Positions 35,101 to 50,100 of a DNA stretch of 64,000 bases are shown here, one piece after another; position 1 is the stretch's first letter; each line of letters starts with the position of its first letter. The stretch covers positions 343,921-407,920 of the forward strand of contig JAQGDQ010002373.1 in assembly GCA_030141605.1 (NCBI GenBank). The letters run 5' to 3'. Both the position numbers and the translations under genes were made by a program. The stretch is from Tubiluchus corallicola (taxonomy: Eukaryota; Animalia; Priapulida). The notes beneath the pieces are model-generated. The model was given only the letters and a program-made list of their open reading frames with translations, had not been told where the DNA came from and made no database searches.

Positions 35101-38100
35101 AACTATATTTTTTGTTTTGTACGTCTGACTGTTTTATCATTTACGTACAATATTTTTAAGTCTATTTATTTTTATGCAATTTCCATGAACTAGTTCTCAA
35201 AATGAAATACTACTGTTGATGTCAGGCAATTTAATTTAATCTTCTATAATTATTTATTTTCTTTTTGTATTTTTACAAATATACATTTCCTGAAAGTGTA
35301 TGAAACGAAGCCAGTCTTAATCACGTGACCTAAGCCTTATTAGTATACACCACCTATCAATCACACTTGTTTTTACACATAGTTAGATTTTCTGTTGCCG
35401 CTATGCTGATCATGCCGTTTGGTGATACTTTCATTGCTTTGTCTATTTTGTTACAATTTAACAGTCACTAGTTGTATTTTCAAGCCAAAGTTGTCACTAG
35501 CAAATGTAAGTCACTATCTACTTTACTAATTAGTTAATAGTTTAAACTTGTTAGAATTGCTTCAAATCTCTAGAATCATAAAGTAATAATTTGTATTTCA
35601 GTCTTCTTAAATCTAATTTTTCATTTTGTCTAAATAGTAATAACCTTTAGTTTAGCACGTTTTTAAGCACTTTTTGTAATCTGTTATTTTAACAAATTGC
35701 AGGTCTATCGCACAGTTCAAGGCCAATTTTTACCATTTCTTTGCCCGGACTGGGCGCATCCACATCTACTATTTCACCGCACTTGAATAATTCATAGTTA
35801 AGAGTGCGTTTAGATTTTTCGATAGTCTAGACATGAGTGAATGTCATCTTTGCGTGACACTGACGAAATTCACCTTGCATAATTTTTCAGTGAACTGCTT
35901 TCCTGATGAGTTTTTCTGGATAAAATTTATTTAACCAGAGGTCTGAATTTTTTGCAAGTGACTGCATTGTTTTCCATGGGTAAGTTTCATAATCTAAACA
36001 CACGACACTTGCCCAGAGATAAGTGACATGCAGGAATGATATCTGGTCACAGCAGAGATGCCTGATAGTCTAAACAGGGCTTTAGTGAAAATATGTCACT
36101 AGAGTTCTTAATTTGCTTACCTTTAATTGTTTAATGCTAATTCGTAAGTCTGACTCATTAAATTCATATGGTATATTCCAGCCAAGTGGACCAAACTTTC
36201 TTCTTTCCTGGACTAATGCATGGAAGAAGCAAAGTCCAAAAAGCAGTTTTTTAAACAACTGTTAAAAGAAATCTATCCATATAATAGCTATTGGTAAAAT
36301 GTAAACAGCTAAAAGACTAAACAGTAGCTAGATTTAGTTAATAGCCAGACTTACAAAGTGCAAGGAAAGAAATGTACCTCAATGAGCATTTGAACCAAAA
36401 GTACCAGCATATAAAGTTTGTTGCTTTACCAAGCCAAATGCTACAATGATGTGTAATAAATAATGCATTTATTTCTAAAGTGCTCTTTCAATAAAAAAAG
36501 GTGCTGCACAATTAAAAATATTTAGATAAAAAACTAAAAAATAATACAATTAGACCCATCTATAAATCAAAAAAAATTTCCAAAACATTCACCACTTACA
36601 CATTACAATACTGCTTAAAAAGATGAGTTTTTGGTTTCCTTTTAAAAAAAATTCAATCTGAGCATTCTCTAATTTTAGCTGGTAGCTTATTCCAGCACTT
36701 TGGTGCAATGCTTACAAATCTTAAATCAGCAACGACTTTCTTTTTGTTGTCCTTAAGACTTTTTTGTTAAGGTGCAACAAGTTTTAATTCATTCATTTGC
36801 TTTCCTAGCTCGTATGCTCCTGTTATAAACACGAAATGGCAGACACTTAGCTCAGTAAGCTGGGGCCAGTCCATGTAATGCTTTTTACATTACAACTAAT
36901 ATTTTAAAAGTACACCAGCCATAGACGTATAAGTTAAAAATATTACTTATAAATTTTTAAGTGTACATGTTCAATAGTTCTCATTTCTTGTTGTAAATGC
37001 ATAAGAGTAAGACTCTTTCAAAAATTAATTTTGTTACTATAGCTTGATCGTTTGGAAGTATCTTAGTCTTGTAAGCAGGGACACATTATCCTATAAGCCA
37101 GTACAGGCTGCAGCCTATAGGGCCCCAAGCTTGAGGGCTCTAGTAAAAAATTTTCAAATATTTTTTTTAAAAAAAAATGAGTAACATATTTTAATATTTT
37201 GCATTGCTGAATAATTCCTTTAATTTAAAATAAAACTTCAACTTTAAAAAAAGGAGGTTCGGGAGTCTAAAAACACAATTTTTAAAACAAGTAGCCTCTT
37301 ATTTGAGATTAAGGGCCCTGGCCCCATCTGAGGAGACACCATAATTTCATTAGCCTAGGGGCCCCAAAAGGTCATAATCTGGCCCTGCTTGTAAGTCTGA
37401 AGGGCTATTGTTCATGAAAGTGAGAAATGCATTGCTGTCCAAAACAACTAGGCAATATTTGTTTTTTATACGCCAACAGAAATTGCAAATTATAATGAAT
37501 TATTACTAATGAAATTAAGCACACATACATGTAGATTCTTAACACTACACACCATTTAGTGATTCCTAAAAACAATAAACATAATGTCTGATATCTGTTA
37601 TTGGCTGTTCATACGGCACTATTGATGAATTGCAGAATTTGTTAGAAAACTGGCATATAGTAAATATGCATATAGTCAATCTCCTTATATCGCCTGCTTT
37701 CGATCTCAAAAAGATGACGTTATGGCGAGTTTGGCATTACAACAAAGTGCATTAATACATACATGTGTATGCAAATATAGACATTTTGTTTTGCTAAAAA
37801 TTTGGGCATTAAGCGAGGTTTGAATTATAAAAGGAAGGCTTATAACAAGGTTTGACTATAGTTGTATCTGCAGTCATTGTATTTAAAAAAAATTAAAGTT
37901 TTACAAATGTGCACATCCACCTCTGGTTGCTCACAAGTGTTGAAGAACCTCATATCAGATACAGGATCATTTAGGTAAGATCTCAACAAATTTGCTCGCA
38001 AACTTTTTGGGGGTTCATTCGTCATCTTGACACCATTTTGCAAGGTAGAAACGGGAAACTGATCAGATGGATAAGTCGTCAGCCACAAACGGAAGTCGCT

Positions 38101-41100
38101 GTGAGTTATTTCTGGTCTGATAGTCTACAAAACAACAAAATAGCAGTAGTAGTGCCGTCTCGTTGATTCGTTCCTGCTATAACAAGTTCTATTAAGAGCA
38201 ACAATAAAATAACAGTACTAATGCAGTCTAATTGACTGCCGTTCTTGCTATAACAAATTTTATTCTGAATAAAAAGAACCACAGCAAAAATGGTTGAAGC
38301 TGCTGTATCATGGGCATCTTACCGACCAGTTCAACGGGAAGGTTAGGCAACTTGTTCCTGGTATACATGTAGCTTTTACTGTTGTTTACGCAAAATCAGA
38401 TTTTCTGAGTTGAAGTCATAGAATCAACGTGATACGAACTGCAACAGTTGTCTATAACCTTTTGTGTCAGGCATGTTCTGTAGGGCGTACTGACCAGCAT
38501 TTGAAGACAAAGATTACAGAACACTATTTTTATTGATAGACATCTCCTAGTTTAAACTCTAGGGATGAGTTTACCCACCATTTAAAGTAAAAGCAAAAAT
38601 AAACATTTTATTCTCTGGAGTTTGAACTTAAATTCTGGTATTTTAAGTAGCTACGACTGGCATCAGCTGCAAGCTTCTGTGGTTATGGTAAAAGTATCTA
38701 TTTTCACATATTTTCTTTAATCTTTAAAATGGCCAACCTATGTATTAGTAGTTGGAAAGTGTACATCAGAAAGTAAATCTTACCAGGGTAGGTCTCCATA
38801 TTTCTGTGCATGGACCTTTTAGCATGATTTGGGTGATGATTAGAATGACTTATTTTTGCTATAACAACATAATTCTTGAATGAAAAAAAATTTGCATGTG
38901 ATAATTCGCTTAAGACAATTTATTCTGTGCCAATAATCAGGCACGGACTTTGACTGTAAGATCCTAATGTAAGCCTAACAGTTTTGCATTAATTTAGGAA
39001 ATTACCCCGATGGTACTGCTAACAATAGTTGTAGCTATACACGGGATAGCTGTAATATCCTTATGTTAAAATATTTGACATTATGTCACCAAATTTTACA
39101 CTATTCACTGCAATTACTAAAGAAAAAATCTAAGTACAACGTCCAGCCACAGCAAAAAATGGCACAAGGACAAGATTTAAAAATTTATTAGTTTTTTAAC
39201 TTAAACCTGTGATAATTAAGTGTTTAATAAAAACATAGGTAGCACAAAACATAATTATAATATACAATTAGCAGATTTTTTTATTGGCATTTCGGAGTAC
39301 CAGATACCATATTTACAATGCATTTACCACACAATAACTGAACAATTACTTTGCATTCTATATACCTCTACCTCAAACTGGAAGGATATAACAAATATAA
39401 TCTAATTATTAAGTAACTTGGTATTTGTATTCCAACCTTGCTTGGAATATGAGATTGTTTTGAATAAGTTACTCAAAGAGTTCAATAAATGCACTAGTAA
39501 TTGTATACTACATAGTTAAATAGGCACAGTAAAACAACAATAACATTTATGTTTATATTCTTTTTCAATGAATGTGTGTGTGTGCATGAGTGTGTGAGCA
39601 TATATAATATTAACTAACTAATTTGGCAGTTTAAATTATTTGTTGTACATGTCTGATCCCTGAGTTAAAGAATCTTACACAATGATTAGAAATTTCATTA
39701 CAAAAATACCGTGTGGCAAATGCAATCAATGTAAACCATAATTCAATATGTGCTAATGAAAAAGAGTAAATAATAAAAAAAATATAAACCTCTTCACAAA
39801 TTCTTTCTAGTTTGGGTAACCAGCTGGTAGCCAAGTGACAATTTTGCAATATAACCCATGAGCCATCGGTTATTGCTCGGTTAATCATGTCGGTTGCAAT
39901 AGGACCCTATAAATTGACATAATCATCAGTATAGATATAGAACCAAAAGTATTTCTAGTAAACCAAGTTAATTAATTGTGTAGGATTAATAATTATTGAA
40001 ATGTAGCAATCACAACACCGAAAAACCTGCTATGGTTGTCAGTTTACATATTACAATTCGAGGTATTAGCTCCTTTTCAATGTTTTATTAATAATAACAT
40101 ATAAAATCATTAACTATGATTTATTAGTTGATTACATATTATTAGTGTAATTCTGTTGTTAGATGACAAATTTTTTATTTTGTGATCTAATTGAGAAAAT
40201 GCCGAATTAAAGTCACAAATTCGGTTTATAGATATCCGGGTCACTTATAGTTTAGAAATCACTGTGAGTCGGTGCTTGCAATATTTTGGCTCTAATAAAA
40301 TTACAAGATCGAGGGAAAGACTGAGCTATCGATACCTCACCAAGATCTGATAAATGCACAGAACTGATTTATAGAAATTTGTCTAAATAATCAGAGAACC
40401 AGCACATATAACAACATTATAATCGGCAGTATAATCTAAGATTCTAGCACAAAATTTATTGCGAACTAAGTGCCTATACTAAATGCTCATTTGCTTGCTT
40501 AGCAGCAGCTGGTTGGTGGGACTTTGTCTCTTGCTAGAAGCTATGTTAATGTAATGCTCTAAAAAAGTCACTTCACAGATTTTTATCCATTATATTAACA
40601 ACAAATAAGGATGTAGAAAAGACTGAAAGTCAAGAAACTTCGTATTTACACACTGAATTCTTTAACAAATGTAATATTTCCACAAGCAATTAATGGCATC
40701 CATGCTAATATGCATATGATACAAAACAGTGACAGGAATGTACAAAAAGTCCTAGACAATGGACAACATTACAGTCTAGAGAACTCAGCAATCTACAAGT
40801 TACAGCATGTGAAAAATATTGTGTTTTGGGTGTATTGTGTGTCTATATGCCATATGCAACTTCACAGTCTGCAATCTGCATAGGGCTATATTTGTACAAA
40901 TAGGTACTAGGCGTTTTCGAAACAGGATATTTCGACACATAAGACATTTGGACATGAGGACATTTGGACACATGGGACATTTGGACACAGGTAATTTTGT
41001 TGTTAGTTGATTTTTTCCTACTGAGTAATCGTTTGATTGTGTCGGCAGATTGCAGCGCGAATTGTTACACGCTGATATTTAACATTTATAAAAAATCCAA

Positions 41101-44100
41101 ATATGAGCAGATTGACCCAAAAATTAGTACGATTTGCTGTACCAGTACGTCAAGTATCAACTTCTTAAATTACTCAGGGCTTAGAAAAGCTGGCGAAAGA
41201 CATACAGATAGACTGAATGTGCCATTATAATTCTCACCATTCTTTCTCCTTTTTTTGTATTTTTCTCTTGTAAGTGGCTATTACAATTTTAGTTTTATCA
41301 AAAACTTGTATGTATTGTCTCACCAATCTATTGTACTTCTTCACGTTAAATGTCGTGACTGACTTCACGTGAAAGGCTTTTATGTAGGTTGCATATAAAA
41401 CTGTTAGCTGATCACTTAGTGCTGTTCCATAATTGTTAATGATCATGTATGTATGTATTTATTCTATTCATTATCATACTGATAAAATGCACTTTAAACC
41501 AAGTAGCTGTGTTTATGGACTGTCAAAGAATGATTTCATTTGCCGCATGTTGATTTTGTTTACATTTGAGTTCGTTCCGTTTACATCTCTTTAAATAATT
41601 TTAAAGTACAGGTAATGCCCTACAACCTAGTAATAATAAATAATGATAACCAACTTACCTGACCCTGGCCAAGTGATATTCTTTGTATACGATTCTCATA
41701 GAAACCTAAGTCAGTGGCAAACTTAAGTAAACCAATCATAGGATCGGCTCCTGGTGATAAAATGAAAATTAGTGGACTGCAGCAGTGTGAGTCGTTATAT
41801 GAACCCATGAGGTCAAAGGTCGGCGGCTCTATATAAGAAGCACCAAGATGGTCTGTAATGAACGCCTGAAAATGTATATTGCATTTATTTACACATAGTT
41901 TTAATTGCATAATTTAAGTCTGAGCTCACTGCTCATCAGCTTACTACAGCAAACCTTCAATATAACAAACCCTGTTATAAAGAACTTCGTATACAACAGA
42001 CTATTTCTACTTATTACCCGTAAATTGGTTTATCTGCTGATCTATAATCTAGACTGCTGGGCTGGGGTGGGTTAGCTGCTGATTACAGTAAACTGCTGCT
42101 ACTTATAGAATATAGACTGCACGGCTGTATGTGGTAGGTTAGCTACTGATTTCCATGAACTGATTTATCAGCTGATATTGTCTAGAGTCTAGACTGCTGG
42201 GTTGTGGTGAGTTAGCTACTGATTACAGAAAGTTGGTTTAATAGCTGATACTGTCTAGGTTCTAGAGTACTGGGCTGTGGTAGGTTAACTACTAATTACA
42301 GAAAACTGATTAATCTGCTGATGCTATCTAGAGTCTAGATTGCTGGGTTGCAGTAAGCTACTGATTACAGTAAAAGTATCCAAGGAAAAGTGCTTTAATA
42401 ATTAGATAGAATGAGTTTCTAAATTGTTTGCTTCACTTTTTTTCTATTAACTTATAATTTTGCCAAATTTGAATCACTCAGTCAAACTTAGAAGTCAGAC
42501 CAATATATCCACACCTTTAAAACAATTAATTAGCACTTGTTCTAACTCTGTACTACAGTTGACATGCGTGTTATCAGACTGAGAATCATAGAGTTAATTA
42601 AGCACGTTTCCTCATATTGGTAGCAAAACAGCATTAAGCATTAAATTCGCTTCACATTCAATTTCTTTAAATGCGACACCAATAGAAGCCGACAAATTTG
42701 GCAAGACCAAAAACTACTTATACGCTAGTTTAATCTACAAAAGAAATTGTTTAGTACTTAGAAAAACCAGTAAACATTTAGACTTTAGTGTGACATAAAT
42801 AAACATTCCTTTTTACTGACGTTTTTTTCAATAAGATGTGCTATAAAGTCACCTGGTTGTAACTGACTGTTAATTATGGCAGACTATCTTCAATTGCAGC
42901 ACCCTAAGTTAATGGTGAAAAACAAATACACTAGATACATAAAGTAGTTTCATTGCTTACAAGATAACCTACCTATATTAGCAATTTATTATATTTTAAT
43001 CTCATCTAAAGTAATTTCATTTAATCATTTCATTTAATATACCAAAGGTAAAATTAAATTACGTTTTAAAGTCAAAATTGGGGTTCTTACCTGAACTGCT
43101 GGAACAATTTTATCTGGCCTTAAGCAGCGAAGGACAACCATGCGATCTAAATCTGTCAAGTTGTTCCATTCACCGGGATAGGTTTCTTTGCTGGGTGATG
43201 TGGAATCATATACCCGTTTCCACTCTTTCAGATTCTCCACAACATCTGATATTTGACGTATCAATATATTTTATAGAAATATACATATACAATACAAGAT
43301 ACTGCGATTTAAATGAAAGATTTTTTTTTAAATTGCAAAATCATACATGGTTTAGTGCACCAAGTTATGGTGTGGCCATAAGGCTACACGTCTTAGTTTT
43401 AACAGTAGATGAAATTTTAACTGCTACAACTGCAAGTACAGTTATAAGTTGTTCAGGTATAATTTCTAAAGCAGAACATTTTTAAACACTAAAAACAGCA
43501 TGTTTCGAGCACAATTTTAAAAAGATAAGTTACGTTTCATAAACCCATTCAGTGACTTCAATTTTGAAGCGCGGACGATTTCCGACCAAGATTTGTCTGT
43601 AAGCCAATCAGAAGCTGGATTTGGATACGGATTCTCCAGTGCTACTCCACCAGTTAGAAGAAATCTCCACGTGTCATCATTTATCTCACCTCTCGAAAAT
43701 CAAAGGAGTGAAAAAACGTTAAAAAATTGCTGTTCTTTAGAATCAGTCCAAGGATTTTTTGAAAATTCTGATCCAGCTTTTCTTAATCAGAATTTTTATG
43801 TCTTATGCTACAATGATAAAACACTTAGGTATTTGGAATTGGAGTAAGCAAGTTTAATGTATTCATTAGTGTCTTATAAATCAAAGGATTTAATCTCCTG
43901 ATTAAAAAATCTTTATTATGGCATTTTATGCTTTAGTTAGATTTTGGGTTAATAACCTAATGACCTAACTCATCTTCAGACTGCAATAAATGAAATAAGT
44001 GAAGAACAATTAATTTTTTTTTGTAAATAAGGCAATATTTGTATAAATACTCCAGGTTAAATTATAGGAGATCTCCGAGCAACATGAGCCCCAGAGGTGC

Positions 44101-47100
44101 AGAGTGCATGACCCACCAGTGTGTGGACATGCTCTGCCACTCACCAATCATGTCCCAACCATGGGTTAAATAGTGAACCCTCAACGGCTGATCAGGTGAA
44201 ATTGGACTTGCTCGTTGAATTCAATTGTGAAGGCGAAGGAAGGATATGCATGGCGGGCAGGCGGACAAAGGCGGGCTCTAAAGGATCTGAGTATTGGCAG
44301 CTCACTTCAGAAATCCTAGCATCCCGATCGTCTTGGCTATCTCTTGCCATCGGATGAATGCTTGGATTCCGAAGCATGTGCGACTGAGGTTCTTGCACAT
44401 CAGGATCACTTAAATCAAATCTTTGCACAGGTTATTCCTACTATCTTTGGGATCATCGTCTTCGTTAATGAAGGGCAACCATAACATATAAATATCAAAT
44501 AACACTGATGTGTTAATATTAACTGTAATACTAACTAGAGCCACAAAAGTCTAGTTAGCTCTACTATGTGTATGTAGATATGTGATATGTGTGAGGCACA
44601 AGTATGGCATCACACATACATTGTTAGACAGCTTAAAACACTAGTCTCCTTTACTCATATAATAATAAATAATAATAATACACTTATTTATAATGTGCTC
44701 TTTCAATAAAATTTTTTGTCAAAGGCGCTGGTTCAATTAGAAATATTTAGCTAAAACACTAAAAAATTATAATGTAATTAGACCTATAAATCATAAAAAT
44801 ATGCAAAACATTCACCACTAGCTTATACGTTAAAATACTGCTTAATATAAATGCGAATAAATAAATATAATAAATATAAATAAATATACAAATATGAACA
44901 TCTGCTATGATTGTAGTAAAAGGTACAAGTAAAAGCATAGCATCAGTGTACACTCAGAATGAAACCAAACAGCAACAATCTAAAAACAGCATATGGGTAG
45001 ATTAGCTGAAACGTAACCAGTGGTGTCGTGCTATAGGGGCCCGCCCCCCCCCCCAATTTTTTAGAAAATGTCAAAATGGCAAACGGTAAGCAAATTTATT
45101 TCCAACTTTTTGACACACAATAGCGGGCCAGCGCTCCATAAATGCGAACAGTATGAGCATTTCGGTACAGTAGCCCAAAAATATTTTTTATCATTAAAGT
45201 TTGTCGCCGAGTTAAATTATTCTGACTGTTAATACGTGCCTGACCAGATGTGTTTACCTGAAAGTCAGGATGTAGTTAATTTGTTTGCATGTAATCTATT
45301 CAGGAGGCAGGCAGGAACAGTTAACAAAGCAGCTCGTTGAGTAGCATTAGCGTCTTTGCAGTTAGACTGTTAGTTAAAACGGCTCAGTTAGCACTCGAGC
45401 TTCGTTCAGCAGTGTGTTATAATAGTGAGCAAGTGGAAATAATAGAGCAAAAAGAATGCAAACATTGAAGTCATGTTGAGTTAGCCTAATACCAGAGAGT
45501 CAGTTTGTCGAGCTAGCCTAGTACCAGAGAGTCGGTTTGCGAGATACAAATTGATGAGCCACCTCCTGATTGGACATTACCGACTCTTTGCTACTCCTTA
45601 GCGACTCTTTCCCACAAGTTTGCTGCATAAAAGGGCGTGATTTTGAGCACATTTCATCATTTTTCTCCTACTAGATCTTTTCGCCAAATCTTTGGATTCC
45701 TGACAGCTAATAAATACTTAATTAAATTTTAATTAAATTTTTAATTTTAATTAAGTTTCCGTTGCTATAGCTTTAAGTTAAATGCCAGTTGGGAATTAAT
45801 AAATCGTTTTTCTTGCACGCAAAATACTGTGTGGGAATTCAAAATTATACGTTTTTTAAACATTTAAGTTCCGCCATTATATACAGTCGCCCCCCCCCCC
45901 CCCCAATTTTTTTTGGTGCACAACGCCCCTGAACATAACTAAAGTATTTTCCAGGTGAAAGAATGCTACTTTTCAACAGTAGCTGTTGTATTGCTTTTTT
46001 AACGATAAACCACTTTTTCTTTTGTTTCTAAATCCATGCCAAAATGCACTAGCTGACATGTCATACAAATCACATTAAAAGAATTTATTACCTATTCATT
46101 ACCTATTTGGCTTCTTTTAACTACTTAATTAGTGCACAATAGGCTCTGCCTATATAAACTGGTTGTACGTTTGTAAATTTACCACTGATGATGACAGCAG
46201 CAGCCTGTCAAAATGTTTTGCATAATTTTAACTTTTTAATGTAAAAGTTTTAATAAAGTAGTGTTTTGTTTTTAACTATAAAAGAATTGATATTCTACTT
46301 ACTCTCCTTTCATTATGCCAATGCAAAGAAGAAACGAAAACAATAATTTGTCTTTTTCAAACAGAGATCGGCAAACATTGCGGTAGATACTGTTAGTGAA
46401 GTGCATGTTCAGGTTCCTTAGTCGTTCTTCCAAGTGTTCCGATTTGTTGCTGTCAATTATTGACTGGAATGTAAGTAAGTAAGCAATTTATTGTCATAAA
46501 ATTTCAAAAAATTTATTACCAGGATGATATTCATCATGTAATGATAACTTGCGCTCTCTTTGCAACCCTGTGTTATAGGTTGCTGTTCAGTTCCTATTAC
46601 TTTTGAAGCAGATTTAACAACCTGATCAAGAGCATAAAATGTACTGGCAAAACAGATTTATGATGATTAATTTCACATCCAGCTGGTTTCCTTATAAAAA
46701 TGTAAAGCTAGTGGTCTTGCCGTGGTTAGCCTTTTGTCTATGTAACATTATTTAGGTGTGAATCAAATGTTAATGGCTATCAATTCGAAATTTATCAAAT
46801 TCGAAAATTAATGGACATGCAATAGCCTGTAACAGATCTCTCAAGGGTTTGTTTTACCTGGTAATGAATTGGCAACAGTATTATCGGCTAATAGTGGACT
46901 GACTATAAAATACAGGCATCGAGTAATTTTTGTGCGGCCGCTTGGCCGTGGGAAAATTGGGTACAGCCATTTGGGCACCAGAATCAATGCACGCCGACTT
47001 GAAGAAAACAATTTGTGTGTCGCGCTGGAAAACGTGATGCCTACAGTTGGCCTTTTAGGTGAAGCCTCTTTGTATGCTAATTTTTTAAATTTACCTAAAG

Positions 47101-50100
47101 TTTTTGTAAACAAATAAATAACTATTTTCCAAAATACGATTCTGTAATTGACACTAGAATAACTAAAACACTCACCATGTATAAAAAACTCTGCTGTTGA
47201 ACATTTCACAAGACCTGCGCCATGAAGAAGCTTAATCGTGAAAGTGATAATTATGTATTAACCATTTTTTCTTATTGATTGACCTGCTTTATTTCGAATA
47301 TGCCGCTAGTATAGTTTGTATAAACAATGTAACTTAAAGCACACCAAGCGCTCAACGATGAATAGGTGTACATTAACATTAGGATATCATCAGCTCGCTT
47401 GAAACAAACTGGAAATGCTAAGTTGGTTTATTCTGTTTGCAAATTTAAATAAGCATTGCTAATAATGAACATCTAAATCTCACTATTCATGATCCTGACA
47501 TGCTTTGATAATTTTAAAAATTAGACATAGGGTAATTATACTGAAGGTGGAGAAAGTGCAGAAGGCAACTAACTGGTTTTCGATTGTGTTATTAAACATT
47601 ATGACAGAAAAACAGTGAATCATTAAAAGTTTAATAAACAAAAATAAAAAATAGGCACAATATCAAATTTTGCTGGTGCCCAAATGTCTCGTGCCCAATT
47701 GTCCCTGTGCCCAAATGTCACGTGCCCTAAAATGCATGAGCCTAGCTATAATCTATAGCCCATGACAAAGTAAATCAGTACAATAACAGAACAAGCCATC
47801 AGTACAGTAGCAGCAGCAATAATAAGAACAGGCTCTACAGCTAAGAAACATTCTGCAAATAATTTACAAGCTGAGATAATCCACATCGAAAATGAGGTGC
47901 AGCCTGCACAATGAGAAATATGATCTTGAGAAAATTGATCTTAGAGTTTGCCATTGTTTTTTTGGTACATTTCGACAAAACACTTATAAATTGTACTAAA
48001 GTGAGGTTGTTACGAACTTTGCAAGAACACACTGAAGTTATGTTTAAATCCACTAGATGGCTCTTCCCGACAAATATTGGGGCTTGCCTACAGAAAAAAT
48101 CGCAAGCAAAATGACCGCTACAATAAGCTATTATCGGAGTTCGAAAATACAGTTTTCACAATTGCAATGCTAGATTTTAGCCAGAGAAAGAATAAGAATA
48201 ATTATAAAATCAAATTTTTGGCTTTTTGAACATTTTCCATTTTTTTTTGAAAATTTGATGCTAGATTATAAAAGTCCACAATACTTAGAATTTGTTTTTA
48301 GGAAAAACAAAAAATTGACATTTGACCTAATTTTAGGGTATTATATTTTGAAGCTTTATAATGTAGTTTTGGTTTGCAGGCACACAAATAATAATAAATA
48401 ATAATAATAATAATTGCTGAAATTAAGAACTTATTGTTTTGATTTTTTTCATAAATATGACAAAACATAAGCAGAATAAGTTAAACTGACACATATACAT
48501 AAACATATCGTAAATCAAAACTAAAAAATACAAATATCATCCTATAGTAAGGGATGGGATGTTCTTTCGATTTTGTAAAAATTTGCAATATGAAATACAT
48601 GAAATTTTCCTGACAAATGAATTTTGAAAAAAAATAGTAACTTTTCTATATTACTGGATCGGTGACTTTTTACATTTTAGAAAGCAAGGCTTTCACTCCA
48701 CAGAAATTTTACAATAAGTATTTGAAGTATGCATACCTTTACAAATAAATCAATAAACCATGTGAGAGAGTACTGGTAGATTGGTTCAATGTGAGCGAGA
48801 TCAGTTATGCAGAAAAATAATATAGAAGAATACACAGCGACTGGCTTATATCCATTTCGAGTTTCGTCAATTTCCTTTTCAGTCAGTGAAGCAATGAGCT
48901 AGAATATTAGAAAACGCAGTACATAAAATGATTTAAGTTAGGCTGCATGTAGCATTAATTCATAGCAATGTTTACAGAGTAAATTAGTCAAATTTATCAA
49001 ATTCAGTATAGGTATGCAAAATAATAAAAAAGCAGATTTTTGCATATAGTTCCAAATGGCCTTGTAAAGTTTTAATGAAACACATAATGAGTAATCAATT
49101 TAAAGCTTTTAAGTGACAATAAAGCTTTAGTTTTTACTGACTTTGTCATTGGTTGGAAGTCCTAGGTATCAGCAAGTGAAGTTATTGTACATTTGAATGC
49201 GCAGCACTGGATGTTGCTAATAAGCTATTAATAAATATAATAAAAAATTTAAATGACATCTTAGAGGAATATAACTGTGTCCAAAAACCCCCAAATGATG
49301 TATTCGCCATATGAAACTCGCCAGTTACCTGCCAGAACTAAATGCACCAACTCAAAATGTATATTTAACATCACATATGGAAAATAATGATTTGTTACTT
49401 AATAAGTGACGAAAAAAGTAAAAAAAATATAGCCCGGGTTTGGACTTTTTCTTTGAAGTTCTTGTTATTGGTTAAGGCCCTTCTGTAGTTTACTAAATAC
49501 AATATAAATGTTAGGTGTAAAGAGCATATGAAGTAATTCATGATTGTTATTATTTAAAACTCCTGACTGTCAAATTAAAACACTAAAATAAAGATAAATA
49601 CTCAGCATAATAATAAATAAAAACTTGATCCAAAGTGATGACACATTTAATGAATTCACCATCATAACCAGATACTACCATGTAGTGCACTATCAAGGTG
49701 TGCCAAAAAAGAGTTGTTTTTTAAAAATTCCACATATGTATATTATTACTGTATATAGTGTTATACTGCATATATTACTCAGAACTGTAAATGTATGTTT
49801 AGCTGAACTAAAGTAATCTGTCGTATAAAAAGTAATTTGACTGCACATCATCACTACCAAATTCTAATATCATTAATACACATGCTTGTCATAAACTTGA
49901 AAAAAACATAAAAACATAAAGTGAAAAAAGAAAGAGAAAGAATATTACCTGTTTTGCAGAAATTTCTTCCGCTAGCGTTTTAGACGATGACAAAACTTGG
50001 ACGGCGGTTTCGTCTTCTAAGATGTTGCCCTATCGCAAAATGTGAAATCATTCATTATCAATTAACAAATAATACCGAATCATACAACTGACAGAAATTA

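Noticed and set aside
42020-42375. Possible CRISPR or ribozyme array
   Set aside because: Degenerate head-to-tail minisatellite with no constant-repeat/variable-spacer pattern and no CUGANGA/GAAA core.
43955-43985. Possible second hammerhead on the minus strand (CTGAAGA TGA...TCA)
   Set aside because: No GAAA core or stem III can be recognised.
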